Positions 29,856 to 39,902 of a stretch of 64,000 nucleotides of DNA are shown here, in pieces. The translations under genes and the position numbers were made by a program. The DNA is from Candidatus Eiseniibacteriota bacterium (lineage in GTDB: Bacteria > Eisenbacteria > RBG-16-71-46): positions 160,001 to 224,000 of the forward strand of contig JBBRLX010000002.1 in the NCBI GenBank assembly GCA_038231135.1, given 5' to 3'. The notes beneath the pieces are model-generated. The model was given only the letters and a program-made list of their open reading frames with translations. It was not told the DNA's origin and did not search any database. Position 1 is the first letter of the stretch. Every line of letters begins with the position of its first letter.

Positions 29856-30623
29856 TTAGGCCGGCTGGCGCCGGCCGCCGAGATTGATGAGGTGCGCCGC
29901 GTAGCCGGCGCCGAATCCGTTGTTCACGTTCACCACCGTGATGCCCGCCGCGCACGAGTTGAGCATGGCGAGCAGCGGCGCCAGCCCGCCGAAATGCGCG
30001 CCGTACCCGATGCTCGTGGGCACCGCGATCACCGGGCGGCTCACGAGCCCGCCCACCACGCTCGGCAGCGCGCCCTCGAGCCCCGCGACCACCACCAGCA
30101 CGCGGGCGTCCCGCAGCCGCGTGCGGTGCGCGAGCAGCCGGTGCAGCCCCGCCACGCCCACGTCGGCGATCAGCTCCGCCCTGCTACCCATGACCTGCGC
30201 CGTCACCTGCGCCTCCTCCGCCACCGGCAGGTCCGCGGTGCCCGCGCACACCACCACCACGCGACCGCGCCCGGCGCCCGCCGCCCGCCGGCGCAGCACG
30301 AACGTCCGCGCCCTGGGGTGCAGCTCGCCCCGCGGGTACGCCTGCGCCAGCGGATCGCGCTGGTCCGGCGTCACGCGGGTCGCCAGCACCACGCCGTGAC
30401 GTGCGTGCAGCCGCCCGACGATCGCGACGAGCTGGGACGGCGACTTGCCCTCGGCGTACACGACCTCGGGAAACCCGGTGCGCTGCGCGCGCTCGTGGTC
30501 GAGCGTCGCGAACCCGAGCGACTCGGACGGCGCGGCGGCGATCGCGCGCGCGGCGGCGCCGGCGGTCACCGTGCCCCGGCGCACGCGCCGGAGCAGCGCC
30601 GTCAGCTCATCCGGCCGCAACAC
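29856..30623 (-). CDS. larB: Nickel pincer nucleotide cofactor biosynthesis protein LarB
   Basis: R..RTGFPEVVYAEGK, AGTADLPVAEEA, DVGVAGLHRL, AGLEGALPSVV.GL, PTSIGYG, MLNSC..GI.VVN..NGFGA. Confidence 0.95.
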   Translation of the reverse strand: MLRPDELTALLRRVRRGTVTAGAAARAIAAAPSESLGFATLDHERAQRTGFPEVVYAEGKSPSQLVAIVGRLHARHGVVLATRVTPDQRDPLAQAYPRGELHPRARTFVLRRRAAGAGRGRVVVVCAGTADLPVAEEAQVTAQVMGSRAELIADVGVAGLHRLLAHRTRLRDARVLVVVAGLEGALPSVVGGLVSRPVIAVPTSIGYGAHFGGLAPLLAMLNSCAAGITVVNVNNGFGAGYAAHLINLGGRRQPA

Positions 30624-31644
30624 CGTCCTCGCGCGCGGGCTCCGAGCCGGGCGCCTCGTACCCGCCGAGCTTGAGTTCCTCGAGATATTGCCGCAGCAGC
30701 TCCGCCATCTCGGTCACCGTCCGCGTGCGGTTCACCTGCTCGCGGACCCGGGCGCTGTTCGGCAGGCCCTTCACGTACCACGCCACGTGCTTGCGCATCT
30801 CGCGCGCCGCGCACTCCGGGCCGACGCTCGCCACCATCATCTGCAGGTGGCGGATCCCCGATTCGAGCCGTTCCTCGGGGCTCGCGAGCGCCAGCGTCTC
30901 GCCGCGCTCCCAGAACGCCCGCACCCGCCGGAACACCCACGGATCGCCGAACGCCGCGCGCCCCATCATCACGGCATCACAGCCGGTGGTCTCGAGCATG
31001 CGGATCGCGCCGTCGGGGTCGCGCACGTCGCCGTTGCCGATGATCGGGATGCCGACCGCCTGCTTGGCTTCGCCGATCATGTCCCAATGGGCGTCGCCCT
31101 CGAACTTCTCGGACCGCGTGCGCGCATGGATTGCGACCGCGGCGGCGCCGGCCTGCTCGAGCGTGCGGCACACCTCGACCACGTTGCGCGAGTTGCCGTC
31201 CCAGCCGAGGCGCACCTTGGCGGTGATGGGAATCCGGCTGGCTTCGACCATGCCACTCACGATCGCGTGGATGCGCGGCACGTCCTGCATCAACGCAGCG
31301 CCCGCGCAGCGGTTCACCACCTTGCGCACCGGGCAGCCCATGTTGATGTCGATCAAATCCGGCCGCCGTTCGGGCGGCAGGTCGTTCAGCACCCGGGCGG
31401 CGTCGGCCATCGTCGCGGGATCCGAGCCGAACAGCTGGATGCCGATCGGCCGCTCCATCGGTTCGAACGCGCAATAGTCGAGCGTGGCCTGGTTGCCGCG
31501 GACGAGCCCGTCCGCCGACACCATCTCGGTGAACACCATCGACGCGCCCTGCTCGCGCGCGAGTTGCCGGAACGGCGAATCGCTGACCCCCGCGAGCGGC
31601 GCGAGCAGGAACGGCGAATCGGCCTCCACCCCGCCGATCTTCAT
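30607..31644 (-). CDS. dusB: tRNA-dihydrouridine synthase
   Basis: LAPLAGVSD.PFR, TEMVS, QLFGS, DINMGCP, KVRLGW, HART, NGDV, MMGR; ATGA overlap with upstream gene. Confidence 0.93.
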   Translation of the reverse strand: MKIGGVEADSPFLLAPLAGVSDSPFRQLAREQGASMVFTEMVSADGLVRGNQATLDYCAFEPMERPIGIQLFGSDPATMADAARVLNDLPPERRPDLIDINMGCPVRKVVNRCAGAALMQDVPRIHAIVSGMVEASRIPITAKVRLGWDGNSRNVVEVCRTLEQAGAAAVAIHARTRSEKFEGDAHWDMIGEAKQAVGIPIIGNGDVRDPDGAIRMLETTGCDAVMMGRAAFGDPWVFRRVRAFWERGETLALASPEERLESGIRHLQMMVASVGPECAAREMRKHVAWYVKGLPNSARVREQVNRTRTVTEMAELLRQYLEELKLGGYEAPGSEPAREDGVAAG

Positions 31645-32312
31645 GCGCCCACCGCGCGACCGTACCCGGGCAGCGTGCGCGCGAACTCGGCGACGTCGGC
31701 GAACGAGCGGAACGGATGCCACGCGAGGCCCTCGGCCGCGCACCACTCGGCGAGCGCGCCGCGGGCCAGCACGTGATCCGCGATCCGCGCCCCGCACCGA
31801 TCCGACATCCCGTCTCCCACCATCACCACGCAATCGCCCTCGTCGCGCATCCGGCGTGCCGGATCGCCCTTGCAGTTGCCGCACCGGCCGCAGCCGCGCC
31901 CGGCGTTCGGAAACTCCGGCACCGCCCGGCCGCCCTCGAACCGCATGTGGTTGGCCGAGACCGGCACCCGGCCGAGCCCGCAGCGCTCCAGCAGCGGCTG
32001 GATGTAGAACTCGAACCCGTCGCTCGCGACCAGCAGCCGGTCGTGGCGTGCCTCGACGCCGGCGACGAACCCGGCGAACGTCGGGTCGATGTCGAACGAC
32101 GCGGCGTAGGCGCCGGCCTCGGGCTGGGTGACACGCACCCACGAGCACTCGGCTTCCGTCAGCTCGCGGCTGCCGATCCCGCCGGCCCGCCACTCGGCGA
32201 ACAACCGGGCGCGCTCGGCATCGCCGCCCACGGCGAACCGGCGCACGAACCCCGCGCCGATGTCGTGCGGCGCGATGGTGCCGTCGAAATCACACAGCCA
32301 TGCGGTCCGCAC
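31641..32312 (-). CDS. MtnX-like HAD-IB family phosphatase
   Basis: CDFDGTI, VASDG, CG.CK, VGDGMSDRC. Confidence 0.85.
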   Translation of the reverse strand: MRTAWLCDFDGTIAPHDIGAGFVRRFAVGGDAERARLFAEWRAGGIGSRELTEAECSWVRVTQPEAGAYAASFDIDPTFAGFVAGVEARHDRLLVASDGFEFYIQPLLERCGLGRVPVSANHMRFEGGRAVPEFPNAGRGCGRCGNCKGDPARRMRDEGDCVVMVGDGMSDRCGARIADHVLARGALAEWCAAEGLAWHPFRSFADVAEFARTLPGYGRAVGA

Positions 32313-32314
32313 CG

Positions 32315-33892
32315 TCAGCGGGTGGGATCGAGCGAGCGGTCGCCCACCGTGATCGCGAACACGTCGGCCGGCCGCGCCGCGTGGCCGAGCACCAGGGCCG
32401 CCCGCGCGAACACCGGGTCCGACTCCAGCACCACGCGCATCGCCGCGGCGTCGCCGCCCGTGCGCCGGGCCAGTTCGCGCCGCACCCCGCGCTCGATCAC
32501 GCTGCGCTCGGCGGCGAACTCGGCCGGCGTCGACGTGACGCCGCCGGCCTTCGCATAGTCCGTGAACTCCCGCCACTCGTCGTCGGGCAGCGCCGCCGGG
32601 ACCGCGGCGCCGGGGTGGGTGTTCACCCACTTGTTCGCGAACCGGAACGCGAGGCCGCGGCGCTCGATCTCCCGCGCCGCCGGCGGCAGCGAATCCGGGA
32701 TCACGGTGACATCCGGCGTGATCCCGCCGCCGCCGTACACCCGCCGGCCGTGGGAGGTGTGGAACACCGGCCGCGACTTGGTGCTGTCGCGCGACGAATC
32801 CGGCGCGGCCTCGTCATCGCCCTCGACATCGGCGGCGGTCGCCCGCTGCTTGTGGATCGAGCGCCCGCTGGGCGTGTAGTAGAGCGCGGTCGTGAGCTTG
32901 AGCGCGGTGCCGCGGGTGTGCAGCGGAAACAGGCTCTGCACCGAGCCCTTGCCGAACGTGGTACGGCCCACGATCAGCGCGCGATCCAGATCCTGCAGCG
33001 CGCCCGCGACGATCTCGGACGCCGACGCGCTGCCGTCGTCGACCAGCACCACGAGCGGCGAGGCGAGATCGGCGCCCGCGGACGGCGCGTAGTAGCGCTG
33101 GTCCTGGTTGCGCGCCCGGCCCTTCGTGGACACCACCATCGAGCCCTTGGGCAGGAACTGGTCGGCCACGTCGACCGCCTGGTCCAGCAGGCCGCCCGGA
33201 TTCGTGCGCAGGTCCAGCACGAACCGCCTCGCGCCCTGACGCCGCAGGCTCTCGAGCGCGGCACGGACCTCGGCCCCCGAGGTCTTGGAGAAGTTCGCGA
33301 GCCGCACGTAGCCCAGGTCGCGGCCCACCGTGAACGAATACGGCACGCTCTTCGTGACGATCTCGCGGCGCACGAGGTCGTAGTCGTGCACGCCGGTATC
33401 GCCCTCGCGCGCCACCGAGACCGCGACGGGGGTGCCGGGCTTGCCGCGCAGCAGCCGCGACGCATCGTCGACGCTCAGCCCGGAGGTCGCCTTGCCGGCG
33501 ATCTTCACCAGGATGTCGCCCGAGTGAATGCCGGCTTCGACCGCCGGGCCGCCTTCGAGCGGCGCGATCACGGTCGGGAATCCGTCACGCACCCCGACCT
33601 CGACGCCGATGCCCGAGTACTTTCCGTCGGTGAACTCGTCGAGCGTGCCCGAGTCGGTGGTGTCGAGGTACTGCGAGTAGGGATCGAGATCGCCGAGCAT
33701 GCCGTCGATCGCGCCCCGGATCGCGCTCTGGGCCTTGACGGGGACGACGTAGTTCTCCTCGACCCGCTGCAGGACCTCCACGAACACGTCGAGATTGGCG
33801 TAGAGGTCGCCCGTCGTCCCGCGGCCCACCCACCAGCCCAGCGCGAACAGCGCGAGCATGAGGGACCCAAACAGGAACCGCCGACGCATCAC
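32315..33892 (-). CDS. S41 C-terminal processing peptidase (CtpA/Prc-like)
   Basis: LDPYSQY, PDZ GIG, LDLRTNPGGLL, SASASEIVAGALQD, TFGKGSVQ, YYTPSGRSI, GGGITPD. Confidence 0.95.
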   Translation of the reverse strand: MMRRRFLFGSLMLALFALGWWVGRGTTGDLYANLDVFVEVLQRVEENYVVPVKAQSAIRGAIDGMLGDLDPYSQYLDTTDSGTLDEFTDGKYSGIGVEVGVRDGFPTVIAPLEGGPAVEAGIHSGDILVKIAGKATSGLSVDDASRLLRGKPGTPVAVSVAREGDTGVHDYDLVRREIVTKSVPYSFTVGRDLGYVRLANFSKTSGAEVRAALESLRRQGARRFVLDLRTNPGGLLDQAVDVADQFLPKGSMVVSTKGRARNQDQRYYAPSAGADLASPLVVLVDDGSASASEIVAGALQDLDRALIVGRTTFGKGSVQSLFPLHTRGTALKLTTALYYTPSGRSIHKQRATAADVEGDDEAAPDSSRDSTKSRPVFHTSHGRRVYGGGGITPDVTVIPDSLPPAAREIERRGLAFRFANKWVNTHPGAAVPAALPDDEWREFTDYAKAGGVTSTPAEFAAERSVIERGVRRELARRTGGDAAAMRVVLESDPVFARAALVLGHAARPADVFAITVGDRSLDPTR

Positions 33893-33901
33893 CTAACCCC
33901 C

Positions 33902-34023
33902 ACGTTTTGCCATGAATCGCCGATTGCTGCGTTGGCGCGTCGCTCGTCGCTGCGACGTATCTTACGATACGTCTCGCTCCTCGCTCCTTGCCGCCTTGCA
34001 CTCGACGATTCATGGCAAAACGT
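33902..34023. repeat. 122-bp palindromic ERIC-like / MITE-like element
   Basis: Perfect 18-bp terminal inverted repeats (33902-33919 / 34006-34023), central hairpin GACGTATC-TTAC-GATACGTC, internal AAGGCGGCAAG and GCCAACGCAGC blocks on the minus strand. Confidence 0.75.
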
Positions 34024-34102
34024 TCGAGCCAATGGAAAACGGGGAACACCCCGGAGTGTCGCGCGGAGGGAGCGGGGAAGACGCCCAAGATAGGATGCTC
34101 GA

Positions 34103-34111
34103 ACTATAGCA
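34103..34111 (-). promoter_or_regulatory. Extended -10 element upstream of the S41 gene
   Basis: TGcTATAGT on the minus strand in intergenic DNA. Confidence 0.45.
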
Positions 34112-34160
34112 TAGGCGCATGCGGTTTCCGGGCCGCCCCGGGCCTGCGTGGCCTGTCCGT

Positions 34161-34790
34161 TCAGGCTGGAACCGCGTGTCGTCTCGTCACTTCGTTCCAA
34201 ACCTGCTGCTCGAGTTCGGCGGGATCGTGGCCGGCGTCGAGGACCATGAAGCGCTGGGGTTCAGCGTGTGCCAATTCCAGGTAGCGGGCGCGCACGCGGG
34301 CGTGGAACGGGGTGGGCTCACGGTCGAGCCGGTTGGTCGCCGCGGCGGCGTGGGCCCGGCGGTCGAGGCCGACGGCCGGGTCCAGGTCGAACAGCAGCGT
34401 GAGGTCGGGCGTAAGGCCGCCGGTCGCGGCGCGGTTCATGGCGGCGAGCAGTTCGGCATCGAGGCCGCGACCGGCGCCCTGATAGGCCAGCGTGGAGTCG
34501 GAGTAGCGGTCGCACAGCACCACCGCCCCGCGCGCGATCGCGGGGACGATCACCCGCGCGACGACATCCGAGCGCGCCGCCTCCATGAGAAATGCCTCGG
34601 AGCCGGCGCCGGGATCGTGGCCCGGCTCGAGCAGCAGCGTGCGGATGCGCTCGGCGAGCGGGGTGCCACCGGGCTCGCGGGTCTCGACCACGTCCTCGCC
34701 CCGCGCCCTGAGGCGCGCGGCGAGCCGCTCGATCTGGGTGGACTTGCCGGACCCCTCGCCGCCTTCGAAGGTGACGAAGAACCCCGGCAT
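34161..34790 (-). CDS. tmk: Thymidylate kinase
   Basis: [43 protein letters not shown]. Confidence 0.96.
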   Translation of the reverse strand: MPGFFVTFEGGEGSGKSTQIERLAARLRARGEDVVETREPGGTPLAERIRTLLLEPGHDPGAGSEAFLMEAARSDVVARVIVPAIARGAVVLCDRYSDSTLAYQGAGRGLDAELLAAMNRAATGGLTPDLTLLFDLDPAVGLDRRAHAAAATNRLDREPTPFHARVRARYLELAHAEPQRFMVLDAGHDPAELEQQVWNEVTRRHAVPA

Positions 34791-34792
34791 CG

Positions 34793-36097
34793 CTAGCGAC
34801 TCCGGGCCGGGCGAGCCTTGGGGCGCGCCTTGGCGCGGCCCTTCGCGGCCCGCCGCTTCGCCGCCGGCAGACTGCCGCCGTTCGCGTGTCCGTTCGCCGA
34901 CGGCTTCGACGCCCTGGCCGCCGTCTTCCCGGCACCGCGCGGCTTGTCGGGCGTGGCGCGGCGCAGCGGGGCCACGTCCTTCTTCACCATCGGCGCGCCC
35001 TTGTCGCGGAGCTGCTTCTCGACCGCCTTGGGGTCGAGGATGAACGCCTCGACCAGCTCGCGCGCGCGATCGTCGGGAATCTGCACCGGCGGCGACTTCT
35101 TGAAGTAGCTCGACGGCGCGATCAGCGCGCCCTTGAGGCCGTTGTCGAGTCCGAGCTTCGCGCAGCGCACGGCGTCGATCACGATGCCGGCCGAGTTCGG
35201 GGAGTCCCACACCTCGAGCTTCATCTCGAGGTTGAGCGGCACGTCGCCGAACGTCGTACCCTCCATCCGGATGTGGCACCACTTGCGGTCCTTGAGCCAC
35301 GGCACGTAGTCCGACGGCCCGACGTGCACGTCGTCCGCCGGCAGGTCGTAGGGAATGTTGCTCGTCACGGCCGAGGTCTTGGAGATCTTCTTCGACTCGA
35401 GGCGCTCGCGCTCGAGCATGTTGAGAAAGTCGGTGTTGCCGCCGAAATTGAGCTGGTAGGTGCGGTCGATGCGCACGCCGCGGGTGACGAACAGGTTCGC
35501 GAGCATGCGGTGCGTGATCGTCGCGCCAACCTGCGACTTGATGTCGTCGCCGATCACCGGCAGGCCCTTCTTCTCGAAGCGCTCCTGCCAGTACTTCTCG
35601 CGCGCGATGAACACCGGGATGCAGTTCACGAACGCGCAGCCCGCCTCGAGCACCTGCTCGACGTACCACTTGGTGGCCTCTTCGGAGCCCACGGGCAGGT
35701 AGTTCACCACCACGTCGGCGCCGGTGTCGCGCAGCAGCTTCACGATGTCGACCGTCGAGCCGGGCGCCTTGGTGATGATCTTCGACAGGTACTTGCCGAG
35801 CCCGTCGTGCGTCATGCCGCGCTGCACCGTGACTCCGGTGCGCGGCACCTTGTCGAACACGAACGTGTTGTTCGGCGCCTGGCCGATCGCGTCGGCGACG
35901 TCCTTGCCGACCTTGTTGATGTCGATGTCGATCGCCGCCACCACCTCGACGTCGCGGATGTGGTAGCCGCCGAGGTTCACGTGCATCAGGCCGGGAACGC
36001 GGTCGGCCTCCTTCGCGTTGCGGTAGTAGTGGAGCCCCTGGACGAACGACGACGCACAGTTGCCGACTCCGATGATCGCGACACGCACCTTACCCAT
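34793..36097 (-). CDS. ino1: Myo-inositol-1-phosphate synthase with basic C-terminal tail
   Basis: [64 protein letters not shown]. Confidence 0.95.
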   Translation of the reverse strand: MGKVRVAIIGVGNCASSFVQGLHYYRNAKEADRVPGLMHVNLGGYHIRDVEVVAAIDIDINKVGKDVADAIGQAPNNTFVFDKVPRTGVTVQRGMTHDGLGKYLSKIITKAPGSTVDIVKLLRDTGADVVVNYLPVGSEEATKWYVEQVLEAGCAFVNCIPVFIAREKYWQERFEKKGLPVIGDDIKSQVGATITHRMLANLFVTRGVRIDRTYQLNFGGNTDFLNMLERERLESKKISKTSAVTSNIPYDLPADDVHVGPSDYVPWLKDRKWCHIRMEGTTFGDVPLNLEMKLEVWDSPNSAGIVIDAVRCAKLGLDNGLKGALIAPSSYFKKSPPVQIPDDRARELVEAFILDPKAVEKQLRDKGAPMVKKDVAPLRRATPDKPRGAGKTAARASKPSANGHANGGSLPAAKRRAAKGRAKARPKARPARSR

Positions 36098-36126
36098 GGA
36101 TTCGATACCTCCAGATCCGTCCGCCG

Positions 36127-36840
36127 TCAGTGGGAACGGGTACTTTTCCACACGTGGACCACACGCTGGCCCGCGGTGGCGAACGAAAACACCGTCAGCA
36201 GCAGCAGGGCGCCCGGCATCACCGGACCGACACCGAAGAACCCCGCGATCATGATCGTCAGCAACCGCTCGGGCCGTTCGAACCAGCCGACGCGGCAATC
36301 GAGCCCCAGCCCCTCGGCCCGGGCACGGGTGTAGGACACCAGGAACGAGCTCAGCAGCGCCATCATGGCAGTCAGCGACACCACGGCCCAGGTGCGCGGC
36401 TCGAGGCCGCGGCTCAGTTCGTTGAACGCCCGGGTGGGATCGTGGACCAGATCCACCAGGTTGACCAGATAAAATCCGGCGATCCCCACCAGCACGAAGC
36501 CCTCGGCGAACCGGTCGAGCGTCGAGTCGAGGAACGCGCCGAACTTGGACCCGCCGCCGCGGCGGCGCGCCACCTGGCCGTCGAGGATGTCGCAGATCCC
36601 GCTGCCCACCAGCAGCGACGAGCCGAGGCGGAACCCGCCTTCGAAATATGCAACGGCCGAGAACACGCTGAAGATGCAGCCGAGCGCCGTAAGCGTGTCG
36701 GGGCCCACGCCGATGCCGGTCAGCAGATTGACGACCGGATCGAGCCCGGCGTGCGCGAACCGGCGCGCGGCATCCTTGAGCGGCGCGAGGCGCCCGGGCC
36801 GCGGCGGGGCGCTGCCCGCGGTGGGAGTCGGCGCCGTCAC
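36127..36840 (-). CDS. CDP-alcohol phosphatidyltransferase, phosphatidylinositol-phosphate synthase-like
   Basis: DILDGQVAR...[10 protein letters not shown] and [11 protein letters not shown]...GWFERPER; directly upstream of ino1. Confidence 0.88.
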   Translation of the reverse strand: MTAPTPTAGSAPPRPGRLAPLKDAARRFAHAGLDPVVNLLTGIGVGPDTLTALGCIFSVFSAVAYFEGGFRLGSSLLVGSGICDILDGQVARRRGGGSKFGAFLDSTLDRFAEGFVLVGIAGFYLVNLVDLVHDPTRAFNELSRGLEPRTWAVVSLTAMMALLSSFLVSYTRARAEGLGLDCRVGWFERPERLLTIMIAGFFGVGPVMPGALLLLTVFSFATAGQRVVHVWKSTRSH

Positions 36841-37661
36841 GCCGGATCCTCCGGCGACTCGTCGGCGGTGCCGCCGTCGGGTGGCGATGCCGCGGCGTGA
36901 CCGCGCCCCATCCGGTCACGCCGCTCGCGCGGCGCCTCCCGGTCCTGTTCGTGCCGCGTCCTGCCGCCCAGCACCAGCACCATCTCCCCCCGTCGTTGAT
37001 CCGCCTTGAGGCCCGCCCGCACTTCGGCGGCGGTGCCGCGCAACACCTGTTCGTGCAGCTTGGTGAGTTCGCGCGCCAGCGCGATCGGCCGCGGACCCCA
37101 CAGCTCCTCGAGATCGCCGAGGCACGCGTCGATCCGGTGCGGCGACTCGAACGCCAGCACGGTCTCGCGGCGCTCGTGCAGCTCGCCCAGCCGCCGGCGC
37201 CGGGCTTCGCGACGCGGCGGCAGGAAGCCCGTGAACACGAACGCATCGGTGGGCAGCCCGCTCACCTGCAGCGCCGCGATCACGGCGCTCGGGCCGGGCA
37301 CGCTCTCGACGCGCACTCCGGCTTCGACCGCGGCCCGCACCATCGGAAATCCGGGGTCGCTGATGCCCGGCGAACCGGCATCGGTCACCACCGCCACGCG
37401 CTCCCCCTCCCGCAGCCGGTCGAGCAGCTCGGGGATGCGGGACCGCTCGTTGTGCTCGAACAGGCTGATCACGCGCGTGGCGATCCCGAAATGGTCGAGG
37501 AGCCGCCGCGTGTGCCGCGTGTCCTCCGCGGCCACCACGTGCGCCTCGGCGAGCACGCGCAGCGCGCGCTGCGTGATGTCCTCGAGATTGCCGATCGGAG
37601 TGGCGACCAGGAACAAGGTTCCTGCGCCGGTCCGGTGACGGGTGGAATGGACGTCGGTCAC
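36837..37661 (-). CDS. rsmI: 16S rRNA (cytidine(1402)-2'-O)-methyltransferase
   Basis: [53 protein letters not shown] before GTG 37661. Confidence 0.96.
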   Translation of the reverse strand: MTDVHSTRHRTGAGTLFLVATPIGNLEDITQRALRVLAEAHVVAAEDTRHTRRLLDHFGIATRVISLFEHNERSRIPELLDRLREGERVAVVTDAGSPGISDPGFPMVRAAVEAGVRVESVPGPSAVIAALQVSGLPTDAFVFTGFLPPRREARRRRLGELHERRETVLAFESPHRIDACLGDLEELWGPRPIALARELTKLHEQVLRGTAAEVRAGLKADQRRGEMVLVLGGRTRHEQDREAPRERRDRMGRGHAAASPPDGGTADESPEDPA

Positions 37662-37839
37662 TCCGTTCCTCGCATGGAGCGGCAGACCCGATGCCCCTCC
37701 AAAAAACGGATCGCAAGTTAGCACGCTGCCGGTTTGCGACCAAGGTGGCGACGGGCGCGCCCGCGCTCACCGGAGACGCTCCCGCGCCTGTCGCCGGCCG
37801 CCGGACCGGAGTACCCGCTCTGCTACACTCGCGCGTTGC

Positions 37840-39867
37840 ATGGCCCGCACCCGCCGAGAGCGCCCGCTCCGCTCCCCGTCCGCGTCCCGCCCGGCCGCCG
37901 CTGCGTTCGCGGGCCCGCACCCCGGGCCCGGCGGTCCGTCCGCGCGTCCGGTCGCCGGCGATGCCGGCCCGGCGTGGGCCGGACCGGCGGCGTGGCTCGT
38001 GGTCGCGGCGTTCGGCGTCACGCTGCTCACGATCGCGATCGCGTTCCATCCGGTCGGCGACTACTACACCGAGAGCGATTTCTACGGCGGCTACGCCGCG
38101 GGCGCGCGCGCGATCGCCCACGGCATCGTGGACCCGTCGCGGTATCCGGTGGTCGGTCCGGGCTACGAATTCACGCTGGCCCTGCTGGGCGTCACCGGTG
38201 CCGACCTGTTCACGATCGCGAAGCTGCTGTCGGTGGCGTGCGCGACCGCGACGCTCGCGCTGTGGCGGGTGCTGTTGCGGCGGCGCGCCGGCGGCGTGGC
38301 GGCGTTCTGGGTCACGGCCCTGCTGGCGTCGAATCCGGTGCTGGTGCGCTACGGCTACTCGGCGACCACCGACATGCTCGGCACGTTCCTCGCGTCGGCG
38401 TCGGTGTTCGTGCTGCTCGGCACCCGCGGCGCGCGTGCACCGCTCGCGGCCGGGGCGCTGGCGGCGCTGGCCGCGCTCACGCGCTACAACCTGGCGGCGC
38501 TGGCGCCGGCGGCGGTGATCGTGCTCGCGGTGCTCGAGCCCGGGGCGCGCGGACGCGGCCGCGCGGTGGCGGCGTATCTCGGTGGCTTCGCCGCGGTCGC
38601 AATGCCGTGGGCTGCGTACTCGCTGGCCGTGGGTCACGTCCCCGGCATCAGCCTCTATCGCAACTTCGGCTTCTACATCAACCCCGATCCGAGCCGGAAC
38701 GTGCAGGACGAATACGGCTTCCTGTCGAACGCGAGGCTGCACACCGAGACGCTGCTCGAGCTGCTGCGCACGCGCCCGCTCGAACTGCTGCGGCGTTCGG
38801 CGGTGAACCTGCCGCTCCACCTGTGGCGCGACGTGCGCGAGCTGCTCGGCATTCCGGTCGCGGCGCTGTGCGCGCTGGGCGCGGCGCTCGCGCTCGGACC
38901 CGCGACGCGGCGCGCGCTGGCCGCGGTGTGGGTGCAGGGCGCGCTGCTGTTCCTGGCGCTGGTCCCGGTGTTCTACAGCGACCGCTACTCGATGCCGCTC
39001 GCGCCCGTCTACCTCACGCTCGCCGGCGCGTTCGTCGCGGGCCAGGACGGCATCGCGCGCCGCATCCCGGGCGCGGCGCGCGCGCTCGCCGGCGCCGCGG
39101 CATGCGTGGCGCTCGTCGCGTGGTGCGTCCCCTATCAGCGGAACGTGCTCCGGGTGTCGCCGGTCGAGACGCGCGACGCCGGCCGGGTGCTCGCAGGGCT
39201 CGCCCGTCCCGGCGAGCGGGTGGTGAGCCGCAAGGGCCACATCGGCTACTACTCGGGGCTCCAGGTCGAGCCGTTCCCGCGCTTCCACACGCTGCAGGAG
39301 CTGGCCGGTTACGCGCGCGACCATCACGCCCAGTATCTGTACTTCTCGTGGTACGAGGCGCTGCTGCGCCAGGAGTTCGCGTATCTGCTCGACACCACGG
39401 CGACGATCCCCGGACTCACGCCGCTCTACGTGACCACGCACAACCCCAGCGTGCTCTACCGCATCGGGCCCGGGTTCGGGCTCGATCCCGCATGGGCAGC
39501 CGATTCCGACGCGCGGCGCGTGCACGTCGCGCGCGCGCTCGTCCGGGTGCTGCCGGACTCGCTGGTGTGGACCCACCGGCTCGTGCTGGCCGCCGACGCG
39601 CTGGCGCGCGGCGACGCCGCGGGTGCGCTGCGCGAGGCCGAGCTCGCCACGCGCATCCGGCCCGCGAACGCGCTCGGCTGGGCGCTGCAGGGCGAAGCGC
39701 TGCGCCAGATGGACCGGAACGCCCAGGCACGGATCGCGTTCGAACGCGCGCTGGCGATCGACCCGGGCGATCCACAGGCACGCGTCGGGCTCGGCCTGGC
39801 GGCGCTCGCGCTCGGCGACACCACCGCCGCGGACTCGGCACGCGCCCGGCAATCGCGGCGGCGCTGA
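37840..39867 (+). CDS. ArnT/PMT-like GT-C glycosyltransferase with C-terminal TPR repeats
   Basis: First-loop TESDFY, P.Y motif, TTDML, LAALTRYN, many TM helices, C-terminal TPRs (AFERALAIDP). Confidence 0.8.
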   Translation: MARTRRERPLRSPSASRPAAAAFAGPHPGPGGPSARPVAGDAGPAWAGPAAWLVVAAFGVTLLTIAIAFHPVGDYYTESDFYGGYAAGARAIAHGIVDPSRYPVVGPGYEFTLALLGVTGADLFTIAKLLSVACATATLALWRVLLRRRAGGVAAFWVTALLASNPVLVRYGYSATTDMLGTFLASASVFVLLGTRGARAPLAAGALAALAALTRYNLAALAPAAVIVLAVLEPGARGRGRAVAAYLGGFAAVAMPWAAYSLAVGHVPGISLYRNFGFYINPDPSRNVQDEYGFLSNARLHTETLLELLRTRPLELLRRSAVNLPLHLWRDVRELLGIPVAALCALGAALALGPATRRALAAVWVQGALLFLALVPVFYSDRYSMPLAPVYLTLAGAFVAGQDGIARRIPGAARALAGAAACVALVAWCVPYQRNVLRVSPVETRDAGRVLAGLARPGERVVSRKGHIGYYSGLQVEPFPRFHTLQELAGYARDHHAQYLYFSWYEALLRQEFAYLLDTTATIPGLTPLYVTTHNPSVLYRIGPGFGLDPAWAADSDARRVHVARALVRVLPDSLVWTHRLVLAADALARGDAAGALREAELATRIRPANALGWALQGEALRQMDRNAQARIAFERALAIDPGDPQARVGLGLAALALGDTTAADSARARQSRRR

Positions 39868-39902
39868 GCGGGACCGGCGGAGTCGGGACGCCGCGGCGTT
39901 CC

